Program-made: the position numbers and the translations under genes
Origin: Sulfurimonas sp.
Lineage (GTDB): Bacteria > Campylobacterota > Campylobacteria > Campylobacterales > Sulfurimonadaceae
Assembly (NCBI RefSeq): GCF_050296975.1
Contig: NZ_JBNKRX010000036.1
Coordinates: forward strand, 40,019-104,018
Length of the DNA: 64,000 nt
Reading direction: 5' to 3'
The notes under the pieces: generated by a model
Told to the model about the DNA's origin: nothing
The model's input: only the letters and a program-made list of their open reading frames with translations
Database searches by the model: none
Shown: in pieces, positions 49,073 through 59,473 of the stretch
How the letters are laid out: each line of letters opens with the position of its first letter
Numbering within the stretch: the stretch's first letter is position 1

Positions 49073-51133
49073 TTATTTCACTTCAAACCCTGAACGAATA
49101 TAATTATTGATTATAGGAGATGTAAAAGCACTACGCCAGTTACTTTTAGACTGTTTTTTGAGCTCCACTACAAAACTTTCCATATCTGTGTTATACCCGA
49201 GTGAATCAAGGTAGGTTTCTATAGTGCGGTTAGCATCAACATAATTACGCGTCTGGGCAAGTGATGTTGTGTCATTTGTGTAAGTGCGATAATCTTCAAG
49301 ACTCATATAGTTTTCCCCTTGACCACTAAACCATTTTGTTTGATCTGATACTTCAGAATATAAATAATTATCATAAAGATTACCTATCCCAGCATTAACA
49401 CTGTAGCTTAAAAGACGACCAGGACGTAGGCTATACGGATCATCAACCCCATAAAGCTCATTATTAAAAAAACGAAATGAAGTTATAGTATCGTAACCAT
49501 CAAACCGTATAAGTGTGCCACTACTGATAAGGTTATAAACAATGTTATCTGTTATATCTACATTACTCGTATCACCTATAACATCTATAGCATAGTTATT
49601 GAGTGCTCCATCTTCCCCCCATGAAGAAAATATATTGCCTTTGACTAAACCACCTTGCCAATCATTAATTCCAAGTCCCCAACCAAGGTCTCTTTGGGTA
49701 TGGTGCATACGTCCTAGATGTTGCAGAACATTGTTTGTAACATAGATGTCTTTCCATCGTGGACCGTCATCTTGGTCTTTGTTTCCACCAAGACTAATAC
49801 CTATTTCACCCTCTACATATAGATTGTTATCAACTAAAATATTCCATGCTCTGATCTGATTTGGTATATTTTCATCTACTGTTGTATTGGAAGTGAATTT
49901 ATTTCCGATACTAGAAGGTCTTAAAAAGATATTGTTTCTAAATATAGTATTTCTACTTTCCGGAAAATAGGTATTGTGATTAAACATAGTTGCTTGACCT
50001 TCACTTTTATTGTTGTCTTTGCCTTGTTTATACCAGCCATTATGATCAAAAATATTCTCTTCAAGTAGCATCGAAGTCCATGATGAAAAAAGTCCTTGAG
50101 AATGTGCTGCAGTTGAATAGTTGTTGTTGATAATATTACGACGAATGATGATGTCTGGAACAGGAATAGGATCTCCTTCTCCATCGAAACTATATGTTTG
50201 CATAGAGTTACCACCAAACCATTCAAACCAACACCCTTCTATTAAAAAACCACCGTAAGCATTGTATAAAGTACCACCAATACCGTTTGGGTTTCCTATA
50301 TTATCAAAGCCTAAAAAGTTTGTAGAATCAGGGTTTCTTTCATCAGCATTAGCATGGATGTCTAAAAGAGCTAAATAACCACTTTTATTGAGTACAAAAC
50401 CTGCATTAAGAATTAAAGGACGTTCATCATTGACGTCACCATATGCACCAACAACAGCACGTTCATTGGCTGAACGACCATACGTTAGCCAGATACTTGT
50501 TGTAGGCTCCCAACTATCTCCACGTTTTAAAAGCATATAATCTGGATACCCTGTACGCATTTGCTCCTCTGCGGCTTCGATTGTAGCATAGGGATAGATT
50601 GTACCTGTTGGATGAAAAACATCACTACCAAGGTTAGAATCGTTTGCATCGTAAATAATTGCAGTAGTATCATTCCCATCATTAGCTACATAGAGGATGT
50701 GAGAATCAGCTGATGGCGTTAAAATTGACCAACCATTTGCATCTTGAGAGGGTATAGTAAAATTATTTTCCCAACTCACGACATAGTTTTCTTGGTTTTG
50801 TGCAACCACTGAGATATGTCGAACTAAAGTAACTTCATTTCCATTAGAATCAGTGACAGAATAAGTTATAATGTAGTTACCTATAGTACTTGTATCAAGT
50901 GTTGAGTTTGTTTGGATACTTGCTGTTATATTGCCATCTTGAGTGTCATAAGCACTTACTCCAGGATCACTGAAGGTATCTCCAACAGTAATTTGAATCT
51001 CACTAGCTCCACTTAAAGTAAGTGTTGGAGCTGTATTTGTAGCACTTTGGTTTTCAGAAGAACTAGAACCTCCGCCACCACATCCTAAAAGTAATAAAGT
51101 AAGTGACAGAGTTATTATTAGTTTTGTTTTCAT
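49073..51133 (-). CDS. Lipoprotein with Ig-like (DUF5011-like) domain and right-handed beta-helix region
   Basis: Lipobox LLG-C-GGGGSSS; 'APTLTLSG...DPGVSAYDTQDG...YIITYSVTDSNG'; repeated 'I.NN' rungs. Confidence 0.78.
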   Translation of the reverse strand: MKTKLIITLSLTLLLLGCGGGGSSSSENQSATNTAPTLTLSGASEIQITVGDTFSDPGVSAYDTQDGNITASIQTNSTLDTSTIGNYIITYSVTDSNGNEVTLVRHISVVAQNQENYVVSWENNFTIPSQDANGWSILTPSADSHILYVANDGNDTTAIIYDANDSNLGSDVFHPTGTIYPYATIEAAEEQMRTGYPDYMLLKRGDSWEPTTSIWLTYGRSANERAVVGAYGDVNDERPLILNAGFVLNKSGYLALLDIHANADERNPDSTNFLGFDNIGNPNGIGGTLYNAYGGFLIEGCWFEWFGGNSMQTYSFDGEGDPIPVPDIIIRRNIINNNYSTAAHSQGLFSSWTSMLLEENIFDHNGWYKQGKDNNKSEGQATMFNHNTYFPESRNTIFRNNIFLRPSSIGNKFTSNTTVDENIPNQIRAWNILVDNNLYVEGEIGISLGGNKDQDDGPRWKDIYVTNNVLQHLGRMHHTQRDLGWGLGINDWQGGLVKGNIFSSWGEDGALNNYAIDVIGDTSNVDITDNIVYNLISSGTLIRFDGYDTITSFRFFNNELYGVDDPYSLRPGRLLSYSVNAGIGNLYDNYLYSEVSDQTKWFSGQGENYMSLEDYRTYTNDTTSLAQTRNYVDANRTIETYLDSLGYNTDMESFVVELKKQSKSNWRSAFTSPIINNYIRSGFEVK

Positions 51134-51157
51134 TTGTATTTCCCTTTTTCTTTATAA

Positions 51158-53239
51158 TTATTCAACACTATCCAGCCCAAAGCCAGTACGTATCCAGTTT
51201 ACAACCGCTTTACCTGTGAAGCGTTCATCCCAAGGGTAATCACCAGTGAGACTTGGTTTACCACTACTTGGAATCACATCTGTTCCACCTTGGCGCATAT
51301 GTGTTGCAACTGCCATAAATGTTTTTACCCCTGTAGGGTCATATATTTCACTTGCATGTGCTATTTTATCTGCATCGCTCAGATAAGGATCATCAGTCCA
51401 ATCAAGCAAAGTTAATCCTAACTCCTCCGTCACATATCGCTTAAGTGTACGATCTGGATCACTCCACCCCTCGGTAGTAGCCGCATTTAAGGCACTTTGT
51501 GAAGTAGAGAGGGTATTTGATGTTGCAAAAGAGTTGCCTGTCGGTAGGGTTGTACTTGATAAGGATGAATAAAAGCGATTATTATTCACATTGATTTGAG
51601 TAGTGTTTGCAAGATCAGTAGTTTTATTTTCTATAGGGGTATCGCACACGAAGACATTATTATTAATATTTATTCCTTTTACCTCTGAAGCATTTTTATC
51701 TAAACTTAAACCTTTCCCCATTTTATAAACAATGTTATTGCTAATCGTATTGTTTTTTTGATAGTATGAAACAGTTTGATTTGTATCAGATTCTACGCCA
51801 AAAGAGATACTAAGACCCGCTTTACCTGTTGTAGTCCCTAAATCATCTTCTAACATTGCAGCAGAGATGATATTTCCATCAATAAGTGCTCCAAATGAGG
51901 CACCTTGAAGTGTGTAGCCAGTACTAGCTTGTGCACTTGTATCAGAATTTCCATTGGTATCGGGATCATTTGGAGTTGGGAATGCGTAGACAAGTTGTAC
52001 ATTATTGATAACTTTAGCAGATTGTCCACTTTGTGCACCATTGATAAGCCAGTCATTTTGATGCCCATTGCTTGAAGTTGAACTGTAAAAATACCCTTCT
52101 AAAATCAGACTGTTTTCGAGTGTCCCGCCAAGGCGCATCTGTGGACCACCTGAACCACCGTCTGCACTGATGATATTACTATAGGTATGTCCCATCTGTG
52201 CCCCGCCACCTTGATAAATATTACGTGAAAATTTATCGTAAGGGGGATCAACTTGTGTGAGTGTATCACCATGAAAACCGTTTTTATAAAAAATTACCTC
52301 TTCAAAAGTTGTTTGGGCATCACTCCCGCCAGTGAAATATCCTTGTACATGTACAGATGCATTACTCTCCCAGCGACCAGTTATAATAGTACGGTAGATA
52401 GTTGTTTTCATTGGAGGAAAGACAATTCCTCCACTCTCCATCGGTGGAAAATAACAATCCTCAAGTCTAGCAGTGACAGCCCCTCCGTCATTTGCTGAAA
52501 AAACAATATTGCTCTCAATGTAACCGTATGTGCTGTGAATTTCAAAGTTGGCAACGATATGATGCAACCATCTTGCTTTTGTAGAGCTCCCAGTTTTACC
52601 GTTTAACCCGCCTGAAGCATTTTCATCTGGGCTATAGATAACGCGACCATCGCTAAGTGGTCCATACCCTGCATATACAGCTGGTTCGGCTTCACTGCGT
52701 CCACCCGTAAAATAATGACTAAAAGAGCTCACAGTTGTACCACGGCGAAATAAGAACCAATCAGGGTACCCTCCAGCCATCTCATCAAAGTTTTCCATAC
52801 CGTCTTGCGTAACAATTCGCTCATCTGAATCAGGAACATTGAGGTTTTTAAATGGCTTGATCGCAGATTCGTTTGGATGGAGTGGATCGGTTCCGTATGT
52901 CGTGTTGCTATCATTCATAGTGCTTCCGTTAGAATCAACTATGTTCTCTCCATCCCACCAATAAACATCAGCAGTATCATTGTCTCCATTGGTTGAATCA
53001 ATAAAAACAATTTTGCTTCCTTGATCCCGTGTCGAGTTAAAGGAAGTGGAAGGGTCTCCCAAACTATAACTCCCATCACTTGCGACTAAAAATGAATTAA
53101 GATCAGTCCAACCATCTGTATCGAGTGAATAGGTATTAGTTTTAGTAGTTGATGTATCAGAGCTAGAGCCTCCGCCACCACAACTTAAAAAAAAGAGTGA
53201 AAATAATAGTATGACAGATACCAACCTAAGAGAAAACAT
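51158..53239 (-). CDS. Lipoprotein, beta-helix paralogue of 49073-51133
   Basis: Lipobox FLS-C-GGGGSSS; shares GYPD/FxRG, YG, HNG/KNG, DxxRT and IRxGF motifs with its neighbour. Confidence 0.75.
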   Translation of the reverse strand: MFSLRLVSVILLFSLFFLSCGGGGSSSDTSTTKTNTYSLDTDGWTDLNSFLVASDGSYSLGDPSTSFNSTRDQGSKIVFIDSTNGDNDTADVYWWDGENIVDSNGSTMNDSNTTYGTDPLHPNESAIKPFKNLNVPDSDERIVTQDGMENFDEMAGGYPDWFLFRRGTTVSSFSHYFTGGRSEAEPAVYAGYGPLSDGRVIYSPDENASGGLNGKTGSSTKARWLHHIVANFEIHSTYGYIESNIVFSANDGGAVTARLEDCYFPPMESGGIVFPPMKTTIYRTIITGRWESNASVHVQGYFTGGSDAQTTFEEVIFYKNGFHGDTLTQVDPPYDKFSRNIYQGGGAQMGHTYSNIISADGGSGGPQMRLGGTLENSLILEGYFYSSTSSNGHQNDWLINGAQSGQSAKVINNVQLVYAFPTPNDPDTNGNSDTSAQASTGYTLQGASFGALIDGNIISAAMLEDDLGTTTGKAGLSISFGVESDTNQTVSYYQKNNTISNNIVYKMGKGLSLDKNASEVKGININNNVFVCDTPIENKTTDLANTTQINVNNNRFYSSLSSTTLPTGNSFATSNTLSTSQSALNAATTEGWSDPDRTLKRYVTEELGLTLLDWTDDPYLSDADKIAHASEIYDPTGVKTFMAVATHMRQGGTDVIPSSGKPSLTGDYPWDERFTGKAVVNWIRTGFGLDSVE

Positions 53240-53352
53240 CCAAAACCTTATAAATAATATAAATTTTGTTGATTATATCTAAACTATTACAAAATACTAA
53301 GAATAATAGTTTAAAATTACTAAAAACTGCTAAAGTTTCAAAAAGGAGTTTT

Positions 53353-53676
53353 ATGAGTGTATTATTAGAGTTTGCGATGTTTCCAACAAGTGATAATTGT
53401 CGGGAGGGGGCATCTGTTTCAAAGCAAGTTGCGAAAATCTTAGATGCTATCGATAAGAGTGGTGTAGCTTATAAACTCACACCAATGGGAACTATTATAG
53501 AAACTGCAACTATGAAAGAAGCTCTAGAGATAATAGAGTTAGCGTATGAACAGGTAAAAGATTGTGAACGTGTATATAGCTCTTTAAAATTTGATATTCG
53601 ACATAATAGTGCCAATAGATTAAGAACAAAGATAGAGTCTGTTGAAGCACATTTACAAAGAGAAGTTGAGAAATAA
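53353..53676 (+). CDS. MTH1187-family thiamine-binding protein
   Basis: 'GASVSKQVA', 'YKLTPMGTIIE', 'RVYSSLKFDIR'. Start moved to ATG 53353 after AAAAGGAG. Confidence 0.88.
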   Translation: MSVLLEFAMFPTSDNCREGASVSKQVAKILDAIDKSGVAYKLTPMGTIIETATMKEALEIIELAYEQVKDCERVYSSLKFDIRHNSANRLRTKIESVEAHLQREVEK

Positions 53677-53733
53677 TAACTTTTAATAATAAATACTATA
53701 TAATTGCGCCAATTTCGTTAGGAGAATTATCTA

Positions 53734-55383
53734 GTGGCAAATCTTTTTGCACCCAAACTTTTCACGCTTATAAAACAAGGTATATCTAAAGAACAAGTTT
53801 TTACTGATGTTATGGCAGGTATTATTGTCGGGATTGTGGCTTTACCATTGGCAATTGCATTTGCAGTAGCTTCTGGAGTTTCCCCTGAAAAAGGGATAAT
53901 TACTGCTGTTGTAGCAGGGTTTATTATATCATTTTTAGGTGGGAGTAAGGTACAAATTGGTGGACCCACTGGTGCATTTATTGTAATATTGTATGCTATT
54001 TTAGAGCAATACGGCATAGATGGACTCTTAATCTCAACCATTTTAGCTGGAGTTATTTTAGTCATTTTTGGATTGTTACAATTTGGTGGGCTTTTAAAGT
54101 ACTTTCCACAACCACTTATCATTGGTTTTACAAGTGGTATAGCTGTAGTGATCTTTTCAACACAGATAAAAGATGCACTAGGACTTGATATTGCAGAAGT
54201 TCCATCCGATTTTTTTCTTAAGTGGAATCTTTATTTTACACATATTCATTCTATAAATTTCTACGCTATTACCATTACACTTATAACTATCCTTATCACT
54301 ATCTTTTCAAAAAAAATAACGACAAAAATTCCAGGTTCTTTTCTTGCTATCATAGTGACAACACTTGGAGTTTGGTTTTTCGATTTTCCAGTTACTACGA
54401 TTGAAACATTTTTTAGCAATATCTCAAATGAGATTGAATTGAAAGTGCCAAATTTTGAATTTAGTGATCTTACTACTTATATAGTTCCGGCATTTATCAT
54501 CGCACTTTTAGGAGGGGTAGAGTCGCTTCTTTCAGCCGTTGTTGCAGATGGAATGATAGGAAGTAAACACCGCTCAAACACGGAACTTATAGCACAAGGT
54601 ATAGCAAATATTGTCACTCCTTTTTTTGGAGGAATTGCAGCAACAGGAGCCATTGCACGGACTGCAACTAATGTAAAAAATGGTGCAAGAACTCCAATAG
54701 CAGGGATAACTCACTCTATTGTACTTCTTTTAATAATGCTCTTTTTTATAGACTTTGCAAAAATAATCCCAATGGCAACTTTGGCTGGGATTTTAATCGT
54801 AGTTTCATATGGTATGAGTGAGTGGCGGGCATTTTTATCTATCCTAAAAGGTTCCCCTTATGATTACATTATTTTACTTTGTACTTTTTTCTTAACAATT
54901 ATCATTGATCTAACAGTTGCAATTCAAGTGGGTATAGTCCTCTCATCACTACTTTTAATGAAAAGAATGGCAAATGTTGATGGAAATTTACTTGTTAAAA
55001 GTGATGACCCAGATGACATTGATAATTATGAAAATCTTCCTACTGGTATAGCAGTATATGAGATTGGTGGACCTTTATTTTTTGCATCTGCAAAACAATA
55101 CGCTGAACAGATTCACAACTGTGGAATAAGTGCAAAGGTACTTATCATCCGTATGCGTTATGTAAGTTTTATAGATGCAACTGCTTTGCATAATTTTAAA
55201 GAAGCACTTCAATTACTCAGAGAAAATCAGATACATATTTTAACCTCTGGAACAAATAACGAGGTATTTAAAGATTTACAAAAACATAAAGTTGTTGAGC
55301 TAATAGGACAGAGTAGTATGCATAAAACTTTTCCTCGTGCAGTTGAACATGCAAAAAGACTAGTAAGTGTGGTGGAAGAGTAA
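53734..55383 (+). CDS. SulP-family anion permease with STAS domain
   Basis: 'GIVALPLAIAFA', 'QIGGPTGAF', 'GAIARTATNV', C-terminal STAS. Confidence 0.93.
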   Translation: MANLFAPKLFTLIKQGISKEQVFTDVMAGIIVGIVALPLAIAFAVASGVSPEKGIITAVVAGFIISFLGGSKVQIGGPTGAFIVILYAILEQYGIDGLLISTILAGVILVIFGLLQFGGLLKYFPQPLIIGFTSGIAVVIFSTQIKDALGLDIAEVPSDFFLKWNLYFTHIHSINFYAITITLITILITIFSKKITTKIPGSFLAIIVTTLGVWFFDFPVTTIETFFSNISNEIELKVPNFEFSDLTTYIVPAFIIALLGGVESLLSAVVADGMIGSKHRSNTELIAQGIANIVTPFFGGIAATGAIARTATNVKNGARTPIAGITHSIVLLLIMLFFIDFAKIIPMATLAGILIVVSYGMSEWRAFLSILKGSPYDYIILLCTFFLTIIIDLTVAIQVGIVLSSLLLMKRMANVDGNLLVKSDDPDDIDNYENLPTGIAVYEIGGPLFFASAKQYAEQIHNCGISAKVLIIRMRYVSFIDATALHNFKEALQLLRENQIHILTSGTNNEVFKDLQKHKVVELIGQSSMHKTFPRAVEHAKRLVSVVEE

Positions 55384-55398
55384 CTTCCACCTTGAGTG

Positions 55399-57669
55399 TT
55401 AGCAAAGCTCGTTTTTCACGTTTTGCACAGCTTGTACCATGTTTTTGAGACTTGGTATAACTTCATCCCATTTTCTAGTTTTTAAACCACAATCTGGGTT
55501 GATCCAAAGTTGCTCTTTAGGTAAGACTTCTAAAAGTGCTCTTATTTGATCTTCCATCTCTTTTATACTTGGAACTCTTGGTGAGTGGATATCATAAATC
55601 CCTGGACCTATCTCTTGTTTGTAGCCTATCTCTTTAAATATTTTAAGCAGTTTATTCCCACTTCGAGCTGTTTCTATCGAGATAACATCAGCATCCATTG
55701 CTTCAATTGTTTTGATAATATCATTAAAATCACTATAACACATATGTGTATGAATCTGTGTTTGTTTATAAGCACTTGATACCGCTATTTTAAAGTCTCT
55801 TACAGCCCATGTTTCATATTCGGGAATATTCTCTTTTCTAAGGGGGTACCCCTCTTTAAAAGCCGCTTCATCAACTTGGATAATTTTTATCCCGCCATTT
55901 TGTAGATCATTTACCTCATCATTGATTGCTAGTGCAATTTGTTTTGAAACTTCACCTCTTGGTATATCATCACGTACAAAGGACCAGTTGAGAATCGTTA
56001 CAGGTCCTGTGAGCATCCCTTTAACAATTTTTTGCGTTTTACTTTGTGCGTATTGTATCCATTGCAGAGTCATAGTCTTTGGACGATTGACATCCCCATA
56101 GATAAATGGAGGTTTTACACATCTACTTCCATAACTTTGTACCCAGCCATTTTGACTAAATGCAAATCCATCAAGTTGTTGTGCAAAATACTCAACCATA
56201 TCGTTACGTTCAGGTTCTCCATGCACTAGAACATCTAAATTACACTCCTCTTGAACTTTGATACATTCATCTATATAGTTACATATCTCTTTCTCATATG
56301 CCTCTTTTGAGATTTGAGCTTGTTTGTATTGTTGTCTTGTTTCTCTAAGCTGTGGAGTTTGTGGGAATGAACCTATTGTTGTTGTCGCTAAATCCCCATA
56401 ACCTAGAGTCTCTTTTTGTATCTTGATACGCTCTTGATACTCCCCATCTCTTTGAAACTTTGTAAGGGATGTGACTCTTGATTGTACATCTTTATTGTTG
56501 ATACGTGTAGAGATTGTTTTTGAACCAATATCAAGCATATTGTTTTTGATAGTTATTTTGTTATCTACATCTAAAGGCTCATCAAAAAATATTTTTGCGA
56601 TTAAGTTGATCTCTTCTAGTTTTTCCTGTGCATAACTCAGCCATGATTTGAGTTCTTTATCCATAGTTGTCTCATAACGAAGTGTAAAAGGTACATGCAA
56701 CAATGAACATGAAGAAGAGACAATGATATTTTCTTGTGCAATATCTCTAGATATTGTTTTTAGAAGCTTCACACTCGAAACTAGATCATTTTTCCAAATA
56801 TTTCGTCCATCAACAACACCTGCAATAAGTTTTTTTCCACTTTGTTTAATAGTATCTAAGGAGTGCAGATTTTTCTTTCCATGTATAAAATCAAGTCCTA
56901 TTGCCCAAATTGGTGTTTGAACAAGGAGCTCTGTCGCTTCACATGAGTGTTCAAAATATGTCGTAACTGCAATTTTGATATTATTACTCACACTACAAAG
57001 TTGATTATAAGTTGGTTGTATAAGATCAGATACCTCTTGAGAGATATTTTTGACAAAAATCGGCTCATCAACTTGTACAACTATCTCATTGTCGAGTTTT
57101 GAAATTTCTGCAAATAACTCCTCATACACTACTAAAATTTTACCCCATAATTCATAGGGATTTCCACCATCAACACGTTTACTGAGTCCTAGATAAGTGA
57201 GTGGACCTATGATGTTTATTTTTGGTTGTATACCAGAGTTTTTAGCTTCTGTGTACTCAGAGATGATTTTTGTGGCATTTAATTTATAAATATCATCAAT
57301 GCAAAGTTCAGGGACTATATAATGGTAGTTAGTGTTAAACCATTTTGTCATCTCCATTGCTACATTTTCTTTATCCCCTCGAGCCATTGCAAAATAACAT
57401 GATTCATCTTTTAAGTGTTGAAAACGTTTAGGAATCGCACCTAAGAGAAAAGAGGTATCTAACATATTGTCATAGTATGAAAAATCATTACAGCTGATGT
57501 ACTCAATTCCAGCATCTTTTTGGTATTGCCAATGTCTTTTTTTTAGCACTGTTGCTTCATTTTCTAGTGTTGAAAAGTCACTTTGTTGTGACCAAAAACT
57601 TTCTAACGCTTTTTTTAACTCTCTTTGTTCTCCAATACGAGGAAACCCTACTATATAACTTTTTGACAT
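55399..57669 (-). CDS. metE: Cobalamin-independent methionine synthase
   Basis: 'GFPRIG', 'KWFNTNYHY', 'HGEPERNDMVEYF', 'HTHMCY', 'WINPDCGLKTR'. Confidence 0.97.
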   Translation of the reverse strand: MSKSYIVGFPRIGEQRELKKALESFWSQQSDFSTLENEATVLKKRHWQYQKDAGIEYISCNDFSYYDNMLDTSFLLGAIPKRFQHLKDESCYFAMARGDKENVAMEMTKWFNTNYHYIVPELCIDDIYKLNATKIISEYTEAKNSGIQPKINIIGPLTYLGLSKRVDGGNPYELWGKILVVYEELFAEISKLDNEIVVQVDEPIFVKNISQEVSDLIQPTYNQLCSVSNNIKIAVTTYFEHSCEATELLVQTPIWAIGLDFIHGKKNLHSLDTIKQSGKKLIAGVVDGRNIWKNDLVSSVKLLKTISRDIAQENIIVSSSCSLLHVPFTLRYETTMDKELKSWLSYAQEKLEEINLIAKIFFDEPLDVDNKITIKNNMLDIGSKTISTRINNKDVQSRVTSLTKFQRDGEYQERIKIQKETLGYGDLATTTIGSFPQTPQLRETRQQYKQAQISKEAYEKEICNYIDECIKVQEECNLDVLVHGEPERNDMVEYFAQQLDGFAFSQNGWVQSYGSRCVKPPFIYGDVNRPKTMTLQWIQYAQSKTQKIVKGMLTGPVTILNWSFVRDDIPRGEVSKQIALAINDEVNDLQNGGIKIIQVDEAAFKEGYPLRKENIPEYETWAVRDFKIAVSSAYKQTQIHTHMCYSDFNDIIKTIEAMDADVISIETARSGNKLLKIFKEIGYKQEIGPGIYDIHSPRVPSIKEMEDQIRALLEVLPKEQLWINPDCGLKTRKWDEVIPSLKNMVQAVQNVKNELC

Positions 57670-57713
57670 TACTGTATCCTTTAATAAATTATTTTTTGTT
57701 TTGTAAAGATAAA

Positions 57714-58052
57714 TTAGAAAAGAAAAAGTAGTGGAGGGTGCACACCAGTTCGGCGAAATGCAAAATATTTTGTATAAAATGGGCAGCGTGGAATAAAATG
57801 GTTGAGTAAAAGGATCAGGCGTATACGTTTTTTAAATATACAATTACAGTGACACGCCTTGTTTTGTTGTAAAATTGAATTTGTAAGAAGTAGCTCTTCA
57901 TTTGGAGGAGACTCTTCATCTTCAATCTCTGTAGAAATATAATAATATGTTAGAGAGCTAAAACAAGTAGTTTGTGCATGTAGACGTGGGCTCACGCTAT
58001 AAGCAAGAATAGATGCTAAAGTAAAATATCTTTTTCCAAAACCACGAAGCAT
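57714..58052 (-). CDS. Possible small ORF or leader between pepA and metE
   Basis: 112-aa ORF fills the intergenic space on the operon strand; acidic patch, CHCNC, and a C-terminal ..RRTGVHPP. Confidence 0.4.
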   Translation of the reverse strand: MLRGFGKRYFTLASILAYSVSPRLHAQTTCFSSLTYYYISTEIEDEESPPNEELLLTNSILQQNKACHCNCIFKKRIRLILLLNHFIPRCPFYTKYFAFRRTGVHPPLLFLF

Positions 58053-58067
58053 AAACTTTTTTCCTAA

Positions 58068-59465
58068 TTATTTAAGATTTTTTATAAAACTACTCATGAG
58101 TCTAACACCAGCACCAGTTGCACCATAAACGTTACAATCCCAAGGTGCCTCAGTATAAGCACTTCCAGCTATATCAAAGTGAAGCCATTTATCTTTGTTT
58201 TCATCTTTGATAAATTTATCTAAAAACAGACCTGCTGTGATAGCACCACCGTAAGGTTTGCTAGAAACGTTTGAAGTATCCGCTATATCGCTTTTAAGAA
58301 GTTTTTTAAGATGGCGGTTAAATGGCAGTGTACCGATTAACTCTCCAGAATCATTTGCAGCATCAAAAAAAGCATGTTTAAGAGCATTTGAATGTCCCAT
58401 TACTCCTGTTGTGTATTGACCAAGGGCCACCATACATGCACCAGTAAGTGTTGCAAAATCAAAGATATAATCAGCTTTTATTTTCTCTTGTGCATAATCT
58501 AGTACATCACAAAGAACAAGTCTCCCCTCGGCATCTGTATTTCTAACCTCTACAGTTTGTCCGCTACGAGTTGTTAGCACATCATCAGGTTTATATGCAT
58601 CACCACCGATCATGTTCTCAACTGCACCAACAAACGCATGTACCTCAATGTCAAGTTTTAATTCACTTATAGCTTTTATGATCCCAAGTACTGCACAAGC
58701 ACCAGCTTTATCCATTTTCATAGTTACCATTGATGTAGCAGGTTTTAAGCTAAGTCCACCACTATCGTATGTTAAACCTTTTCCAACAAGTGTAACCACT
58801 TTTTTCGCTTTTTTCTTTGGTTTGTAAGCAAGGTGGATAAGTTGAGATTCATGACGTGATGCACGACCAACTGCAAGCATAGAGAGACATTTCTCTTTTT
58901 TGAGTGCTTTTTCATCTAAAATATCACACTCTAAAGCATTCTCTTTTGCAAGGTTTTTAGCTAATTTTGCTAAAGTTTCTGGATGAATATCTTCAGGAAT
59001 TGTATTTACAATATCACGTGTAAAACATGTTGCTTCTGCAACGATAACCGCCTCTTCAAAATCACTCATCAAAGTTTTGATGTTTCTACACTCTAAATCA
59101 ATACGTTTGAGTGCAGGTTTTTTTGTCTCAGATTTGTATTTATTGAACTCATATCCACCTAAAATAAGTCCTTCAACTATAGGTTTGATAGAGTTTTTTG
59201 CTACATTAAAAGATGCAGATTTTGCATTTGAACTTTTGAGTGTTTGGATTGCAACAGTAGTTGCAGTTCTTAGAGAATCATCATTTTTCTCTTCAATTCC
59301 AACAAATAAAACATCTTGCTCATACAAAAAGCAGATGCTGTCTTGAGCAGCTTCAAAGTTTGCTTTTTCTAAAGTTGTTTTGTATTTGCTTTTTTTAATT
59401 TCATCTTTTGTTAAAAATAAAACACTTACATCACTTGTGGTATTGGTTACTAATTCAATTTTCAT
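58068..59465 (-). CDS. pepA: Leucyl aminopeptidase (M17)
   Basis: 'VGKGLTYDSGG', 'MKMDKAGA', 'NTDAEGRL', 'ATLTGA'. Confidence 0.95.
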   Translation of the reverse strand: MKIELVTNTTSDVSVLFLTKDEIKKSKYKTTLEKANFEAAQDSICFLYEQDVLFVGIEEKNDDSLRTATTVAIQTLKSSNAKSASFNVAKNSIKPIVEGLILGGYEFNKYKSETKKPALKRIDLECRNIKTLMSDFEEAVIVAEATCFTRDIVNTIPEDIHPETLAKLAKNLAKENALECDILDEKALKKEKCLSMLAVGRASRHESQLIHLAYKPKKKAKKVVTLVGKGLTYDSGGLSLKPATSMVTMKMDKAGACAVLGIIKAISELKLDIEVHAFVGAVENMIGGDAYKPDDVLTTRSGQTVEVRNTDAEGRLVLCDVLDYAQEKIKADYIFDFATLTGACMVALGQYTTGVMGHSNALKHAFFDAANDSGELIGTLPFNRHLKKLLKSDIADTSNVSSKPYGGAITAGLFLDKFIKDENKDKWLHFDIAGSAYTEAPWDCNVYGATGAGVRLMSSFIKNLK

Positions 59466-59473
59466 ATTTTTCC

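Noticed and set aside
57669-57780. SAM or cobalamin riboswitch before metE
   Set aside because: No recognisable consensus by eye. An Rfam scan would be needed to exclude it fully.
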